From assembly GCA_028534125.1 (NCBI GenBank), contig CM052817.1, positions 71,550,001 through 71,614,000 on the forward strand: a DNA stretch of 64,000 nt. Reading direction: 5' to 3'. The notes under the pieces were generated by a model. The model worked only from the letters and a program-made list of their open reading frames with translations, was not told the origin of the DNA and made no database searches. The position numbers were made by a program, and so were the translations under genes. Numbering within the stretch: the stretch's first letter is position 1; each line of letters starts with the position of its first letter. The stretch is from Lama glama. Lineage: Eukaryota. Below, piece after piece: positions 25,821 to 39,979 of the stretch.

Positions 25821-26433
25821 ACTTTATTTAGTATTTGTAGAGTTTTCAGATTTTATGTGGTGCAAGCCAGAGTGCCTTTCTTCCTGGATTGTTTTTCCCC
25901 GTGAGAGAGAATGAATAAACTTGGGGGGAAGTACAGGTTTTGAAATACTTTCAAGACCAAATGAGCCCTACAAATTTCAGATTCTTTTTTCCTTTCCTGT
26001 AATATCAAACAGTTGGAAATTTGGCACCATGTAGCCATAGCTCATGAATAAATGGAAACTGTATGCTTAATCATTTCACTGATATTCAAAGTTGCCAGGT
26101 AACACTACTTGCATTTCCTCTACTTTCAACAGAAAAGATTTACTTAAAATAGTTTATTTGCCCAAGGGGGTAACTTCCATCATGTATTTCTGGCACTGTA
26201 TACTTTTAGAATGTACAAATACCATATATTAGGACTGAGACACAGTGTCTGTGATAGATACTGAAGAATGTCTTGCTTGGTTCCATTCCTCTCTCCTTTT
26301 TGTGAACTTTGTGTAAACTTGAGACCGTAAAGGGGAAAACTATGTTGACCACTTTTCTTTGCATCTACAATCTGGATGTGGATTAGGTTCTGTCTATTAG
26401 CTGCAGTCATGACATATTTGGTGGGAGTAAAGT

Positions 26434-27091
26434 TGTGGAGAAAAACTCAGTTTTTCCCCACTGTACACTTCATTCTCAATACTGAGCAATTTTCCAATTC
26501 TCTGTAGACACTGACTGGGTGTCCCACAATTTAACTCCATCTTGACATTACCTGGGGGTAGTGTCAGATCCGACAAATTTAGGGCTTAACCCTACAAGGC
26601 TCCCCCACTCCCCTTTCCCAGTTCAGATGCCATCGCCTGTGCTTTTGACCTACCAGCCACAAACTGGAGGTTCCCACACCCCTCCTTGTAGGTTCAGTAC
26701 TATGCTAGAATGGCTCCAAGAGCTGAGGAAAATATTTTAGTCACTAGATTGCTGGTTTATTATAAAAGATTCATCTCAGGAACAGCCAGATGAAAGAGAT
26801 GCATAAGGCAAGGTATGGGGGAAGGGCACGGAGCTTTCCAGAGGTCAGGGATGGGGCTGAAAGTTCCTCTAATCACATGGTTGGTTCCCCTGGCAGCCAG
26901 CCTTCCTCCAGAAGCTAACCACAAGTCACCTCATTAATATAAACTCAGGTGTGATTGAAAGGGGCTTGTAATGAATAATAAAAGGTATCTTTATCATTTT
27001 TATCACTGAGGAGATTCCAAGCTTTGTGTTAGGAATGAAGACAAAAACCGTAATTTTTTATTATAAATTTCTTATAAATCACAATATTACA
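26434..27091. mobile_element. MER21-like solo LTR nested in an older ERVL LTR (LTR33-like, continuing to ~27497)
   Basis: TG...CA, near-TSD AAGT/AAGG, and MER21-type motifs GGGTGTCCCACAATTTAACTC and TTCTTATAAATCACAATATTACA. Confidence 0.75.
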
Positions 27092-28529
27092 AAGGTACCT
27101 GGAAGTCATCTTCCTGCCCTTTTTGGCTATTTTCGTAGGGCTAGCTGATATTTCTGCAGCAGTTTCCCAGGGTCTGTTCTTCTGCTTCCTGGGTGTCTAT
27201 GCATGTGTGGCAAAGGCAGCAGCGGTAGCGGCAGTGATTTGATTCCAGCATCCTCATTCCTGGGTTACAGCTGTGGTGGTGTGCTCTTGTCTCTGTAATT
27301 CCAGTGGTGGCCCCGGAGATAGTGGCTCTTCCAGCAGATCCATTTCTAGAACTCATTGTTAAAGACTCAGCCTAGAGCCCTATGCATAAACTACTCCAAA
27401 AATTTTGGTCAGGACCTAATTCCCTGTATTCAGTTCCTTTCTGCTTAAGATAACTGCAGCGGTTTGAGTGTGGTTTCAGTGAATACTGACTGACACAGTT
27501 CTCAAGGGATGTGGAAGAGGACAGAGATCAATCAATTTCAGGATTCTGCTAACTTAGCCCTAATGTTTAGGAAACAAAAACTTAATTTCCTTCCATAATA
27601 CATCCCCAACTTTCTCTTCATTTACAAACCTTCAATTAAAATATAAGATGTAAAATATAAGATATATAAATTCTAATTTTCCAGGAATAAAATCCTTGCT
27701 TTTTTCCCTCTAAAACATATAGTGAAAAAAATTCTCAAGAAAAAAGAAAACACATAATAAAGAAGAAAATATGTATTATGGTTATTATGTATTATGTGTG
27801 GTATTATGTATTAGCTAAAGCCAGGCCAAATGATAAGCTTATCAAGGCTGAGATGGCTTGTTCATTAATTTGATTTAAAGCACGATCAGCTGATGCTTGA
27901 AATAGTAATTGTCGGCTTTATTTATATGCATTTACTGATAAAAACATTACAGTTTTCTGGTTGTTCTAGGATACTGCAGAGCAGTTGACTGAATGTAAAA
28001 TATATTCTATAGCCTAGTAAACAGCCTAGGGGTTTCAAATATGGTCTTATTCAGCATTGGCTTTGAAATATGCTGAATAATTTGAGGGTCTCTAGAAGTT
28101 TCCTCTACCACAAATGATCTTCATTAAACTTTTTGGGAGCATCACCTTTAACAATTAACTACTTTATGCTAAGCTTTACTCTTCAAGTATTATAGTGGAA
28201 TATGGGGTAGGCTAGAGGGGTGGGCAACTCTATGTAGATTTATGTTGACAGGCTAGTAATTGTTCAGTTCAGGTAAGACTGGGCTCAGAACTGATAGCTA
28301 ATATGGAATTTGTATCCACTGGAACCTAAAGTTGGGTGTGAAGGCTAACCATCAATGCAGAGCAGGAGTTCTACAGCCAGGTAGGCACCTTAAGTAGTGG
28401 TGTGTACCAACACTAATATTTATATCCGGATGTATAATTCTAAACCACTGAGGGCTTGATAATAAAGTGTTGAAGGCAATAGTTCCAGAATTATGTGACA
28501 CATTTTAGGCCAACGGATAGAAAGCACCC

Positions 28530-28957
28530 TGTCAGCCAAGGGAGGCTGAAGAGGGACTCGAGGAGGTGAGCTGCCCAACTGGAAAAATGCACAAGGAGCC
28601 GACATAGAGCAAAACAGCAACTTATTGCAGTACAAGTGGGTGGCGCGGGCGGCGGTGGCGGTGGTGCTCAGCACTTTCTTCTAGTTCAACAAGATGGCGC
28701 CACCTGCGTGGCGCACTTGTCCTGCTTTTATCTATTCTGCCCGCATGTGTGCATTGTTCATGTCTTTGTTCCGAAGGCTTACATAATGCTACCCGTGCAT
28801 GTATACCTTTACTTCTTTGTTTATAAGGCTTACATAACTGGTGCATGTGTATATTTACTCCTTACCAGGTACAAGCTATTGTGAACTTTGGCCTGGGCCC
28901 CACTGGCGATTCACTGAAGGCTGGGCCCCACAGCCTACTCACTTAAGGCTACCGACA
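28530..28957 (-). mobile_element. Young CpG-containing solo LTR (possibly ERV2/beta-like)
   Basis: Termini TGTCAG...CCGACA, perfect 5-bp TSD CACCC (28525-28529 / 28958-28962), internal repeats AAGGCTTACATAA. Orientation inferred from AATAAG on the minus strand near 28621. Confidence 0.8.
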
Positions 28958-29089
28958 CACCCCCAACATTCTTTCCCATATGGATGGCAGACATTGTATG
29001 TTAATCAGAGTCTTTAACTTTCCCAAGTTGAGTCTTCAGTTCCTCTAAATATAACACTCCTAGCAGTCACTACCAATAAATAGATGTGA

Positions 29090-29475
29090 GAAGGTATGGT
29101 GGGAGCTGTTGATTTCCTGCCCAACAGCCATTCTTCCTTCCTTCCTTCCTCTCTAAAGAGCCTACCTCCTATAAGAGAGGATGGAAATTCAATGCCAGAT
29201 GCTTTCTTAGGGTAATTATTCAAAAGCATGGTCCTGGGTCCTACCAGGCCTCTTGGAAAGTATTGAAACATCTTTCTTCTTCAGCTGGATGTTGGTATAT
29301 TTATGAGGTATGATTCCTGAAATGTGCCAGTCACGGTGTCCAAACCAATTTGATGTGGACGGCAGAATAGGAAGATAAAAAGACTCTAGTCTCTGATGAT
29401 TTTTATTGAGCCACTGAACCAACTCTGGGTCTACTTTCCTCTGGATCTTCTGTTTTGTGAAAAAATGAATACATC
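29090..29475 (+). mobile_element. MLT1J-like MaLR LTR
   Basis: CCTGCCCAACAGCCATTCTTCC start and GAGCCACTGAACCAAC...CTCTGGATCTTCTG end. Confidence 0.55.
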
Positions 29476-29479
29476 ATTA

Positions 29480-30730
29480 ATATCTGAGTAAATATAGATT
29501 TGTCTTCTTATTTTCTTAAAGCTATATTACTGCTTAAACCAAAAATTATAGCATTGCCTTGTGGGGTTTATAATGTATGTAGATGTACTATAAATGACAA
29601 CTACAGAATAAAGGATAGGAGATGTAAATGGATCTATATGGTTGTAAGGTTTCTACATTTTTACATCAAGTGGTACAATATTAACTCTACACCTACTGCA
29701 AAAGTTAAGGATGTACATTGTAATTCTTGTTATAACCACTAAAAATTCATGCAAAGAGATATAGTTTCTGTTCATAGAGAGAGAAAATGGAATTCTAAAA
29801 AATATTCAAACAATTCAAAAGAAAGCATGAAACAGAAAACAGAAAAATAAACAACCAAACAAAAAACAGGGGAAAAACAGAAAACCGTAAAAATGATCCA
29901 TCTAAACTTAACCATGTTGATAATTGTATTAAATGCTATTAGTCAAAACACTACAATTAAAAAGCAGAGATTTTCTGAATAGATTAAAAAAGCAAGACCT
30001 GACTATATGCTGTTTATTGCAGATACACTGTAAACATAAAGATACAGACAGGTTGAAACGAAATGCATGGGAAAAGGTACACTATTCATGCAGTTAGATG
30101 GAATGGCTGTGTCACTCTTGACTGTGACAGGCTTCAAGACAATGAGTGTTATCGGAAATAAAGAGGGAGACTCCTTCATGATGAAAAGATCAATTCATTA
30201 GGGAAATATAACAATAATAAGTTTATAGCACCTCATCACGGATTGGATCACAAAATCAAACTCAGCTGAATGTTTTATACAATGAACACACGCACAACAA
30301 AGTAACTTAGAAAAGCTAAAAACAAAAGAACATGTAAAATTGTAACAGACAAATGTGAACAAAAGTATGGGGACCGTGATCTCAGTATAAGACAAAATAT
30401 AACAAATTAAGATGCAGGAAGTGTATTTTATAATACTAAAGAGTTTCATGAAGACATACAAGTTGTGAATATCCATGCATTTAATACAATGGCCACAATA
30501 TTCATTAAGCCAAGATTATGGGGAAGAAAGGAAAATTAGACAGAATTATGTTAGTGATGATAGATACTAGTTAACCTCTCTCAGTTCAAAATGTAACAAA
30601 CAATTAGACAAATAAAAATAAGGATATAAAATATTTAAATACCATATCAGTAAGGTAGATTTGATTGACAAATACAGATTAATACAGATTGATACAGATT
30701 GATAAAACTAGAGAATATAAGTGTCCACAG
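29480..30730 (+). mobile_element. Degraded old L1M fragments (inter-ORF and ORF2 endonuclease region)
   Basis: AATTAAAAAGCAGAGATTTTCTGAATAGATTAAAAAAGCAAGACCTGACTATATGCTG matches the L1 ORF2 N-terminal region; multiple stops. Confidence 0.75.
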
Positions 30731-32669
30731 TAAAGTCAGAAAATAATATGATTTTGAGGGATTTAGCGATAAGTATACTCTGGTGAGAAGATGAAGAAGA
30801 GTATGTTCAAGGAAAGAGGACAGTGTTGACCTAAAAATTTATTTTTTAAAAATAGTTATCTAATGGAAAAATACAAAAAAGAAAGATAAACTTTATAGGA
30901 AAATGTGCATTCAGTATGGGGTAAATAATAGGTAAATAAGATTCTTGTTTTCAAGGAATTAATAATCTAAAATGGGAGAGAGATAAGAGTCTTTAAAATA
31001 CAAGTCAACAAATGAAATGTGCTATGAAAACAACATAAATATGTACTTCTGAGAGCACAGAGTGGGGAGTAATTTCTCATCTGTGGAGGGAAAGTTTGAG
31101 AAAAAGGATTAAGAAGTAATTTTAGGAAGCACAGGTAGGGGAAAGGGGAATGAGTCAGGGAAGGGAAGGAAGTGATACAACATGTGCAAAGAGGAATTAG
31201 GGCTCAGTTTTCACAGCCAACTCCCACACGGAGACAGTGAACCATGTAACCCCCACTTGTTCTATCTGGGGATCAAGGAGTTGTGGTACCAACACTGTTC
31301 ACCATTGACTGAGGGTTGCTTCTGGAGGTGTCGTAAGTACTTATGGCCTGTCCCTCAGGTGAGCCATATTTCTGTCATCTGACAGTCACAGGGGTGAGGG
31401 CATGTAGATGGGGCAACAACAGCATCTCCTACCATTTTGAAGGTTGAATAAGGATTCTGCACGTAAAGACTATCTGTTGAATAAATGGAAGAGTGGGATA
31501 AATGGATGGATGGATGGGTGACTGAGATGGATGGAAGAGAACACTCGTATGGGATAACAAAATGAAATAGAATAAAAATGGGAAACAGTATTGTGGACTT
31601 TCGAGCTTATGCCCTTTTCTTATTTATACAGATCTTTGTGTGTTGAGTATTAACTATTTTGGGTCATACATACCACAAAAATTTTTTCTAGTTATCACTA
31701 TCTTAACTTTCACTAAGCTGATTTTAGAATTCATAGGTTATTTTAAATGAAATACAAGAATTGCTATTCATAGAGGAAAAAAGAAATCCAAAAGCAATGG
31801 AGAAGTAAACAGGGGACTAATTTGTTTTGGGGGCTTCCATGAAAGATCCATTTCTATGAATATACTTGGCTTGGTAGTATACTTTTATCAATTCAGAATG
31901 TGTACAGTGTTATGCATATGATTCCAAAGGACTCCTGTACCTGGAGAATTGTAACCATGTAAAACATATACTCTCCTGCATTTTTACCTCCCAGTGTATA
32001 TAAAGCTTTTATTTAATAAAATCCAATGCTCAGAGATCTTTCTCAAATTCCTTTCTGCCTACATACCATTTTTACAATAAGAATGTATATAAAATATTGT
32101 ACCTTTCCACATGATTTGAAAATATGATACTTGGCTTCACACCTGGTCTGTTGATAGTCTCGAATTCAGCAGAATTCCAAGCAGAAATTCTATACTATGA
32201 AAACATTGTTTTAGCAGGTAATACCAGTAAAACAGAAATAGATGTCTTCTTATAGCTCACAGCTACTCATCTGGAAAGTCTTTTTAATAGTGGTGATATA
32301 ATATGACTAATTAAGCCTTTTATAATCTAAGCATTCTGGGTTTTCCATGAGCACCATTAACTAATAATTCTACCTAAGTTTCCAGTGACTTGGTTATTTG
32401 TATTTCTTTATGATCATTTGTCCTTTCACTAGGGGTTACCTTTTTGTCACTAAATATGAATTCATAAATCTATTTACTCTTTGGTAAAATAGTAGTAACA
32501 TCCCTTCCAGAGATTTGATGAAAAAAAAAAAAAGACTAGAATTTCTGTTGCTAAATAGTTTTGAAAATCTGAGGGTGATTATAGTCTTTCTCCTATGCCT
32601 GTTTCACCATTGTATGTTTGGGGTGGGAGTGGGTACAGGTAACTGGTCCCTTTAGTGCACAGGTCTTTG

Positions 32670-33410
32670 GATGGAGAGAAACTGGACTCCAGAAGCCATA
32701 CTTAAGACACTAAAACTGAAGTGTCTCTTCTGCACCTGGACCTGATATAAATGATGAGATTCTGGGCTTTGAGCTGACGCTGTAATGGGATGAGATTTTC
32801 AGAAGCCCTGGGAAGGAGTGAGTGTATGTTGCATGTAGGAGGGATATATATAATCTGTTAGAAGGCATTCTGAGGTGGTTTTTAGACATGTTCAAAGTCT
32901 TAGCTACTCTTCCCTTCAAGGAGTGACGCTTAATTTCCCTCACCTTGAATACGGTCTGGACTTAGTGCCTATCTCCTAATGACTATGGTAAAGTAGAAGT
33001 GGCAGTGTGTGGTTTTGGGGATGAGGTCATAAAGGCATTGAGGCTTCCTTTGTGTTGTCTCTCTCAGAGGCAAGTTAGCCACCAGGCCATGAGGACACTC
33101 GGCAGCCCATGGAAAGGCCCACATAGCAAGCTCTATAACTGAAGTCAACAGCACGTGAGGAACTGAGGCCCCTTGCCATTCACCTTATGACTGAACCTGG
33201 GACCTTGGGATCAGGTCTTCCAGCCCCATTAAAGCCTTCAAATCACTGCAGTCCCTGCCATTATCTTGGCTGTAATCACATGAAATACTCAGAGTCACCG
33301 AGCTGAGCATCTTCAAATGCCTGACCACAGGAATTACAAGATAATTAATGTTTGTCATTTTACACCATTAAGGTTGGGGATCATTTACACAGCGATAGGC
33401 ATCTAACACA
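32670..33410 (+). mobile_element. MLT1E/F-like MaLR LTR
   Basis: GCAGCCCATGGAAAGGCCCAC...GAGGAACTGAGGCCC...CCTGACCACAGGAA...TAACACA. Confidence 0.75.
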
Positions 33411-33424
33411 ATGATACAAGGGTG

Positions 33425-33890
33425 ATGTATCAGTTAAATATGGGCACAGGAACACTGTGTAACTAACAATCACAGAAGTCTCAGTGATAGACAACAATAA
33501 GCATTCATTATGGGTCAGCTGGGGTTCAGCTGATCTGGGCTGGGCTCAAGTAGATGGTTCTGTGAGTCTCAGCTAAGCTTGCTCTTACATCTGGGGCAAG
33601 CTGGTAGTCTTCCTCGTGTCTTTCTGACTTGAAACCAGCAAACTAGTCTGGGCACGTTCTTCAAGGTGTAACAGGGCAAGCCCAATCGTTCACATAACTT
33701 TCACATCTTTGGCCATTTCCCATCCACTAATATTGCACAGGTCTAAGCTAGTTACGGGCTGACCTCAAAGTCCTCAGGGTGGGAAGAGAAATGTACTTTG
33801 CCTTAGGGATGAGAGAAACTGCAAAGTTCTGTGACAAAAGGTGTGTCTACAGGGAGGGTGAAAACTTAGGGCCATTAAAGCTACTGACCA
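33425..33890 (-). mobile_element. MLT1H-like MaLR LTR
   Basis: TGTATCAGTTA...CAGCTGATCTGGGCTGGGCTC...GAAACTGCAAAGT. Confidence 0.6.
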
Positions 33891-34417
33891 CAATCGAGGT
33901 GAAAGGAGTAAGTTTTACAGCAAGTACAAAATGGTTTGAAAGGACTAAGAGCCAGACAGGAAGACCAGGGCTGATGCTACTTCCACCAATAAAGAGGCCA
34001 CAGTGGTGAAGGTGGTCACACTATAGAACAAGTGTTCAATCTTGCTGAAACAAATACTATCCTATACATTCATCTCACAGATGAGAAAAAAAAAAAAAAA
34101 GACACAAAGCCTCCAAAGACAGGCTAACACTTTTAGATGAAAATTATAAAGGTGATGCTGAGCTCAGATTTGTGCTGATGAATCCCTTCACAAAATCCCA
34201 GGGCCCTAGGAGTGTGTTAAAATGAGTTGTATCATCATAAGAAAAGGGAATGAAAACAGATATCCATTTTAAGTTTCGTTTGACTTCACTGGATATGTCT
34301 TAATTTTTTTTTTAATGATTAAGTTTGGAGTTTCATGCTCAAGTATCTTTTTTATAACCTAAACATCTGTTACATTTATGTTAGGAATATATTTATGTTA
34401 CTTGGAATAATGTAGTA

Positions 34418-34810
34418 CAGGTTTCCCTTACTATTCAAAAGTGGAGCTTTCCTATGAAACCTTTTGTAGGCAGAAATGGCATAAAGTGGAGAAGCAATTA
34501 CCTTAGGACACATGTTGCTAACGGATGTACAAAATCAACTGAGGAAAAGCACAGATGCTCTCAGTGGCTTGATGCTGAGTATACTTCCAGGGAAGGAGCT
34601 GGTGGGGCCATTCTCACTGCTTAGAGTGTGCACTGCTTCCAAAACAACTCCTGCAAGACCAAAGCTGAATGCTGTTTTCGCTTTTTGCCTTTTTCCATAA
34701 AAGCGAACATTTTTCGGATTTCTTTCAGTTAGCAAAAACAGGCACTAATGTAGGTCTTTTGTAAAAGTGAAATGGTATAAACTGAACTTTCATAAAGTGG
34801 AGGATGCCTG
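34418..34810. mobile_element. Tigger-like (TcMar) non-autonomous DNA transposon
   Basis: TA|CAGGTTTCCC...GGATGCCTG|TG with degenerate TIRs and a TA target on the left. Confidence 0.8.
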
Positions 34811-36128
34811 TGTTTCTCAAGTATATACACATATGACTAAGGCTGTCCTTGGAATTTCAGATAAGAATGTATAGTTCACAAATTGAGCAGTTTAGGGAAG
34901 ATTATATATTTAAGTGTTCAAATTTAGCTTTTTTTGCTAACTGAAGTGAGACTTGAACAAATCTTTTTTGGACTGTGGCAGTCAGCTAGGTACTCAGTGC
35001 TTCAAGTAGAGCAAACAAAAAGCGTAGTGTAATTGAAGGAAAAAAAAAAGGAAAGGAAAGGAAAGGAAAAGAAATTAGTGAGCTTAACCACTTACCTCCA
35101 TTTTCTTCTTTGCCCCTCAGTTTCCTCACCTGCAAATTGGAGGTTGTGTTCTTTCTACTGTTGGTTTTTATTGTTTCTCAAGATAAGCCTGCATAATGCA
35201 TTTCCCAAGAGTCATTTACAGGCAGAACTCTCTCTCCTTTACTTTCTCCTACGGATTCTGGAGCGCTATATTTTCAGATCTGGACTAGATAATGTTTCTT
35301 AACCTTTAGATTTGTAAATTTGGACTGGATTATTTTCTCATCTCCTTCCAACAATAGACTAGTATAATTAAACACAGCAGGACTGAGCTGGCTCACTTCA
35401 GTTGGGAATCTTGAGGCTAGGCCTTACTAGGAGTTATCCCAAATCTCGTTAACGAGAATCTGTTTTCTCTTTCAATACTGAGAACTGTTTTAAAAAATTT
35501 CTCCCTGCTTTACTTCTCATCTATACTAAAATGAGATGAATAAATTTAAAGAGGTGATGAGTTTTATGACAATGAGTCATCTCTATGAAGGGCTCTTTCG
35601 TCTATAGTGAAGATTTCATCCTCAAAATTTCAAAATGATCTGGGAAAAATACTGTAGGGCATTAGGCAAAAATTATCACTATTGTGTTTTGGTGTTGAAA
35701 TTATGTGACTTTTTTCCCTCACTAGATTCACAATAGTCTAGACTTTGATATCATTCTTTTTACTTAAAAAAAAATCATGCTTAAACAAATAGATGGGATA
35801 GAGACCAGGGGAGAAAAATCAATATTAGTACTGAAAATGTTTACTATGCTATTTTTTTAAATGTTAGGTTCAAATGTCCTTTCTAAAACCAGTCCTTGCC
35901 TCTGACCCACAGTTTTCTAATGTTATGAAACAGGCTTCCTCACAGTAGAACACTTTAAGTGAAAGAAATGGTCTTTGACAAAGGAATCGCTGGGGTTTAG
36001 CCTGAGAATTTTGAAAGGGCCTCTCTATTTCACATATGTTTAACAAAGGATATCTAGAATTTCTTGTTTCATGCAAGTATATCACTTCATGTTTAACTTC
36101 TGTGTTTAAAGATCACTTACCTTCCAAA

Positions 36129-36649
36129 TTTTTTTTAATTGAAATACAGTTGATCTACAATACTATGTTAGTTTCAGATGTACTACATAGTGATTTGATA
36201 TTTGTATACATTATAAAGTGATCACTATTACAAGTCTAGTAACCATCTGTCCCTATACAAAGTTATTTCAACATTATTGACCATGTTCCATATGCTGTAT
36301 ATTGTATCCGTGTGACTTATTCATTATATAACTGGAGGTTTGTACCTCTTGATCCCTTTTACCTACCTCACCCACTCCTCTCACCCTGCTTCCTTCTGGC
36401 AACAACCCATTCGTCCTCTGTATCTATGAATCTATTCTCATTTTGTTTTGCTTATTTTTTTGTTTTGCTTATTTTTTTGTGTTGATTTTAGATTCCACAT
36501 GTAAGTGAGATCATGATTTATTTCACTTAGCATAATACCCTTTAGGTCCATCCATGTTGTTGCAAATGCCAAGATTTCACTCTTTCTATGGCTGAGTAAT
36601 GTAACATTGTATATATATATATATATGTGTATATATATATATATATACG

Positions 36650-36681
<32 letters not shown>

Positions 36682-39600
36682 TACTTCTTTTTTATCCATT
36701 CATCCACCATTGGGCACTTAGGTTGCTTCCATATCTTGGCTATTGGAAGTAATGCTGCTAAGAACATAAGGGTGTGTGTATTTTTTCTAATTAGTGCTTT
36801 TGTTTTCTTTGGATAGGAGTAGAATTGCTGAATCACATGGTAGTTCTATTTTTAATTTTTGGAGGAATTGCCACACTGTTTTCCATGGTGGCTGCACCAA
36901 CTTACATTCCCACCAACAGCATATGAGGGTTCTCTTTTCTCCATATCCTTGCCAAAATTTATTATTTATTGCCTTTTTGGTGATAGCCATTCTGACAGGT
37001 GTGAGGTGTTGTCTCATTGCTGTTTTGGTTTGCATTTCCCTAATGATTACTGATGTTGAGCATCTTTTCACGTGCCAATTGGCCATCTGGATGTTTCCTT
37101 TGGAAAAATGTCTAGATCCTCTGCCCATTTTTTCACTGTTGAGTTGTATGAGCTCTTTGTATATTTTGGATATTAATCCTTTGTTGGCTATGTCACTTGC
37201 AAATATCTTCTCCCATTTAGTGGGTGGCCTCTTCATTTTGTTTGATAGTTTTCTTTGTTGAACAAAAGCTTTTTAGTTTGATGTAGTTCCATTTGTTAAT
37301 TTTTGCTTTTGTTTCCCTTGCCTGAGGGGACATATCCCCCCCCCAAAATGACTAAGACTAGTGTCAAAGAGCGTACTTCCTACATTTTCTTCTGGAAGTT
37401 TTACAGTTTCAAGTCTTATGATTAAGTCTTTAATCAGTTTTGAATTTACTTTTGTGCATGGTGTGATATAGTTCAGTTTTATTCTTTTGCATGTAGCTGT
37501 CCAGTTTTCCAAGGCCACTTATTGAAGAAACTGTTTTTCCTCATTGTATATTCTTGCCTCCTTTGTTATAGATTAATTGTCCATATAAGAGTGGGTTCAT
37601 TTCTGCATTCTCCATTCTATTCCAGTTATCTTTGTGTCTGTTTTTATGCTGGTACCATACTCGTTTGACTACTGTTGCATTGTGGTATATATAGTCTGAA
37701 TACAGGGCGTGTGATACCTCCAGTTCTGTTCTTCTCAAGATTATTTTGGCTTTTTGGAGTCTTTTGCATTTCCACAAAAATTTTAGAGTTACTTGTTCTA
37801 GTTTTATGAAAAATGCCACTGATATCTTGATAGGCACTGCATTGAATCTGTAGGTTGCTTTGGGTAGTATGGCTGTTTTAACAATATTGATTCTTCCAAT
37901 CCAAGAATACAGTATATCTTTCCATTGTTTGTGCTGTCTTCAGTTTTTTTATCAATGCCTCATAGCTTTCTGAATACAGATCTTTTACCTTCTTACTTAG
38001 ATTTATCCCTAGGTATTTTATTCTTTTTGATGTGATTGTAAGTGGGATTGTTTCTTTCATTTCTCTTTCTGATAGTTTGTCATTAGTGTTTAGAAATGCA
38101 ATAGGTTTCTGTATCTTAATTTTATATCCTGCAACTTTACTGATTCATTGATGAGTTCTGGTAGTTTTGTGTGTGTGGCATCTTAAGGATTTTCTATATA
38201 GAGTATCATGTCATCTGCAAGCAGTCACAGTTTTACGTCTTCTTTTCCAATTTGGATGACTTTTATTTCTTTTTCTCATCTAACTGCTGTGGCTAGGAAT
38301 TCCAATACTTTGTTGAATAAAAGCAGCAAGAGTGGGTATCCTTGTCCTGTTGCTAATCTTAGAGGAAATACTTTCATCTTTTCACCATTGAATATGACGT
38401 TAGCTGTGGGCTTGTCATAAATGGCCTTTATTATGTTGAGGTATGTTCCCTCTATACCCACTTTGTTGAGGGTGTTTTTCCATCATAAGTGGATGTTGGA
38501 TTTTGTCAGAAGCTCTTTCTGTATCTGTTGAGATAATCATGATTTTTATTCTTCAATTTGTTAATGTAGTGTATCACACTAACTGATTTGATGATATTGA
38601 ATCATCCCTGCATTCCTGGGATATATCCCACTTGGTCATCGTGTATGATCCTTATAATTTATTGTTGAATTTAGTCTGCTAATATTTTGTTGAGGATTTT
38701 GGCATCTATGTTCATCAGTGATATTGACCTATTGATTCCTTCTAGTGTATTTCTTATTTCGGTTATTGCATTCTTAATCTCTGTTTGGTTCTTATTTATA
38801 TTTTTCTAACTCTTGTTAAAAACTTCTAACTTCTCACTCTATTCACCCAATTTCCTCTCAAGTCCTTTGAACATCTTTATGATCATTACCTTGAACTCCA
38901 TCTGGTAGATTACTTATCTCCAATTCATTTAGTTCTTTTTCTGGAGCTTTACCTTGTTCCTTTGTTTGGAACCTACTCTTGTCATCTCATTTTTCCTAAT
39001 TTGCTGTTTTTATTTCCATGTGTTTGGTAGGCTGCGTATGTTTCCCGATCTTGGAGATGGGGCTCTTTGTAGGAGTCATCTTACGCATCACAGCAGTGCA
39101 CTCCTCTCTGGTCACCAGAGCTATGTGCTCTAGGGATGCCCCCTATTTGAGCTGTGTGGGTCTTTCTATTGTTGCAGGCTGACTACTGTGGGTGGTCTGG
39201 TAGGTGTGGGTGGTTGGGTAGGGGTGCCTAGTCCCTGATCCAGTTGGTTGCCAGGCCCTATTCTTTGCAAAAGCTGCTTGGCACTGGTGGGTGGGGCTAG
39301 GTCCTGGGTTTTCTTGTGGACAGGGCCAGTCCCAGGGTGGCTGTGAGCTCAGGGGATTTTAAGGCAGAGGCCTGCTGGTGAATAGGGTTGTAGCCCCACC
39401 CAGTTAGCTTCTTAGCCTGAGGCCTCCCAGTACTGGTGCCACAGACAGGTGAGCAGGGCTGAGTCTCAGTGCCAATAAACTAGAGGGAGGATTCCAATAT
39501 GGTGCTTCCTTGAACCAGTGTCCTAATGGTAGAATAAGCTCCCCAGAATGATTGCCACCAATGTTCCAGGGTGGGCTCCAGTTGCCTCCTGACTCTTTGG

Positions 39601-39979
39601 GAAGGTCTGCAGGATCAGCTGGTGGGTCTGACCCAGGCTTCTTTCAAATTACTGCTTCTGCCCTGGACCCTGGAGCATGTGAGATTGATGTGCGCTCTGA
39701 AAGAGTGGAGTCTCTATTTCCCCTAGCCCTCTGGCTCTCCCAAAAGTAAGCCGGCCATCAAAGCCAAACATTCTGGGAGCTCATCTTCCTAGTGCAGGAC
39801 CCCACAGCTGGGGAACTCAATGTGGGGTTCAGACCCCTTGCTCCTTGGGGAGAAGCTCTGCAATTCTTATCCTCTCATTTGTGAGTTGCCCACCAGGGAT
39901 TATGGGTCTTGACTGTACCATGTTTCTGTACTGTCTACTGTCTTGTGGTTCCTTCTTTATATCTTTGGTTGCAGAAGAT
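36129..39979 (-). mobile_element. LINE-1 with large internal deletion (5'UTR + ORF1 start fused to ORF2 RT/C-terminus + 3'UTR)
   Basis: ORF-track peptides [35 protein letters not shown] are L1 ORF2. The sequence switches to ORF1/5'UTR at ~38730; T-tract at 36129. Confidence 0.93.
36610..36682. repeat. Interrupted (TA)n microsatellite in the L1 3'UTR
   Basis: Directly visible. Confidence 0.95.

Noticed and set aside
36438..38461. Functional reverse transcriptase gene
   Set aside because: L1 ORF2 broken into many short frames with the endonuclease deleted; the same applies to 62783-64000.
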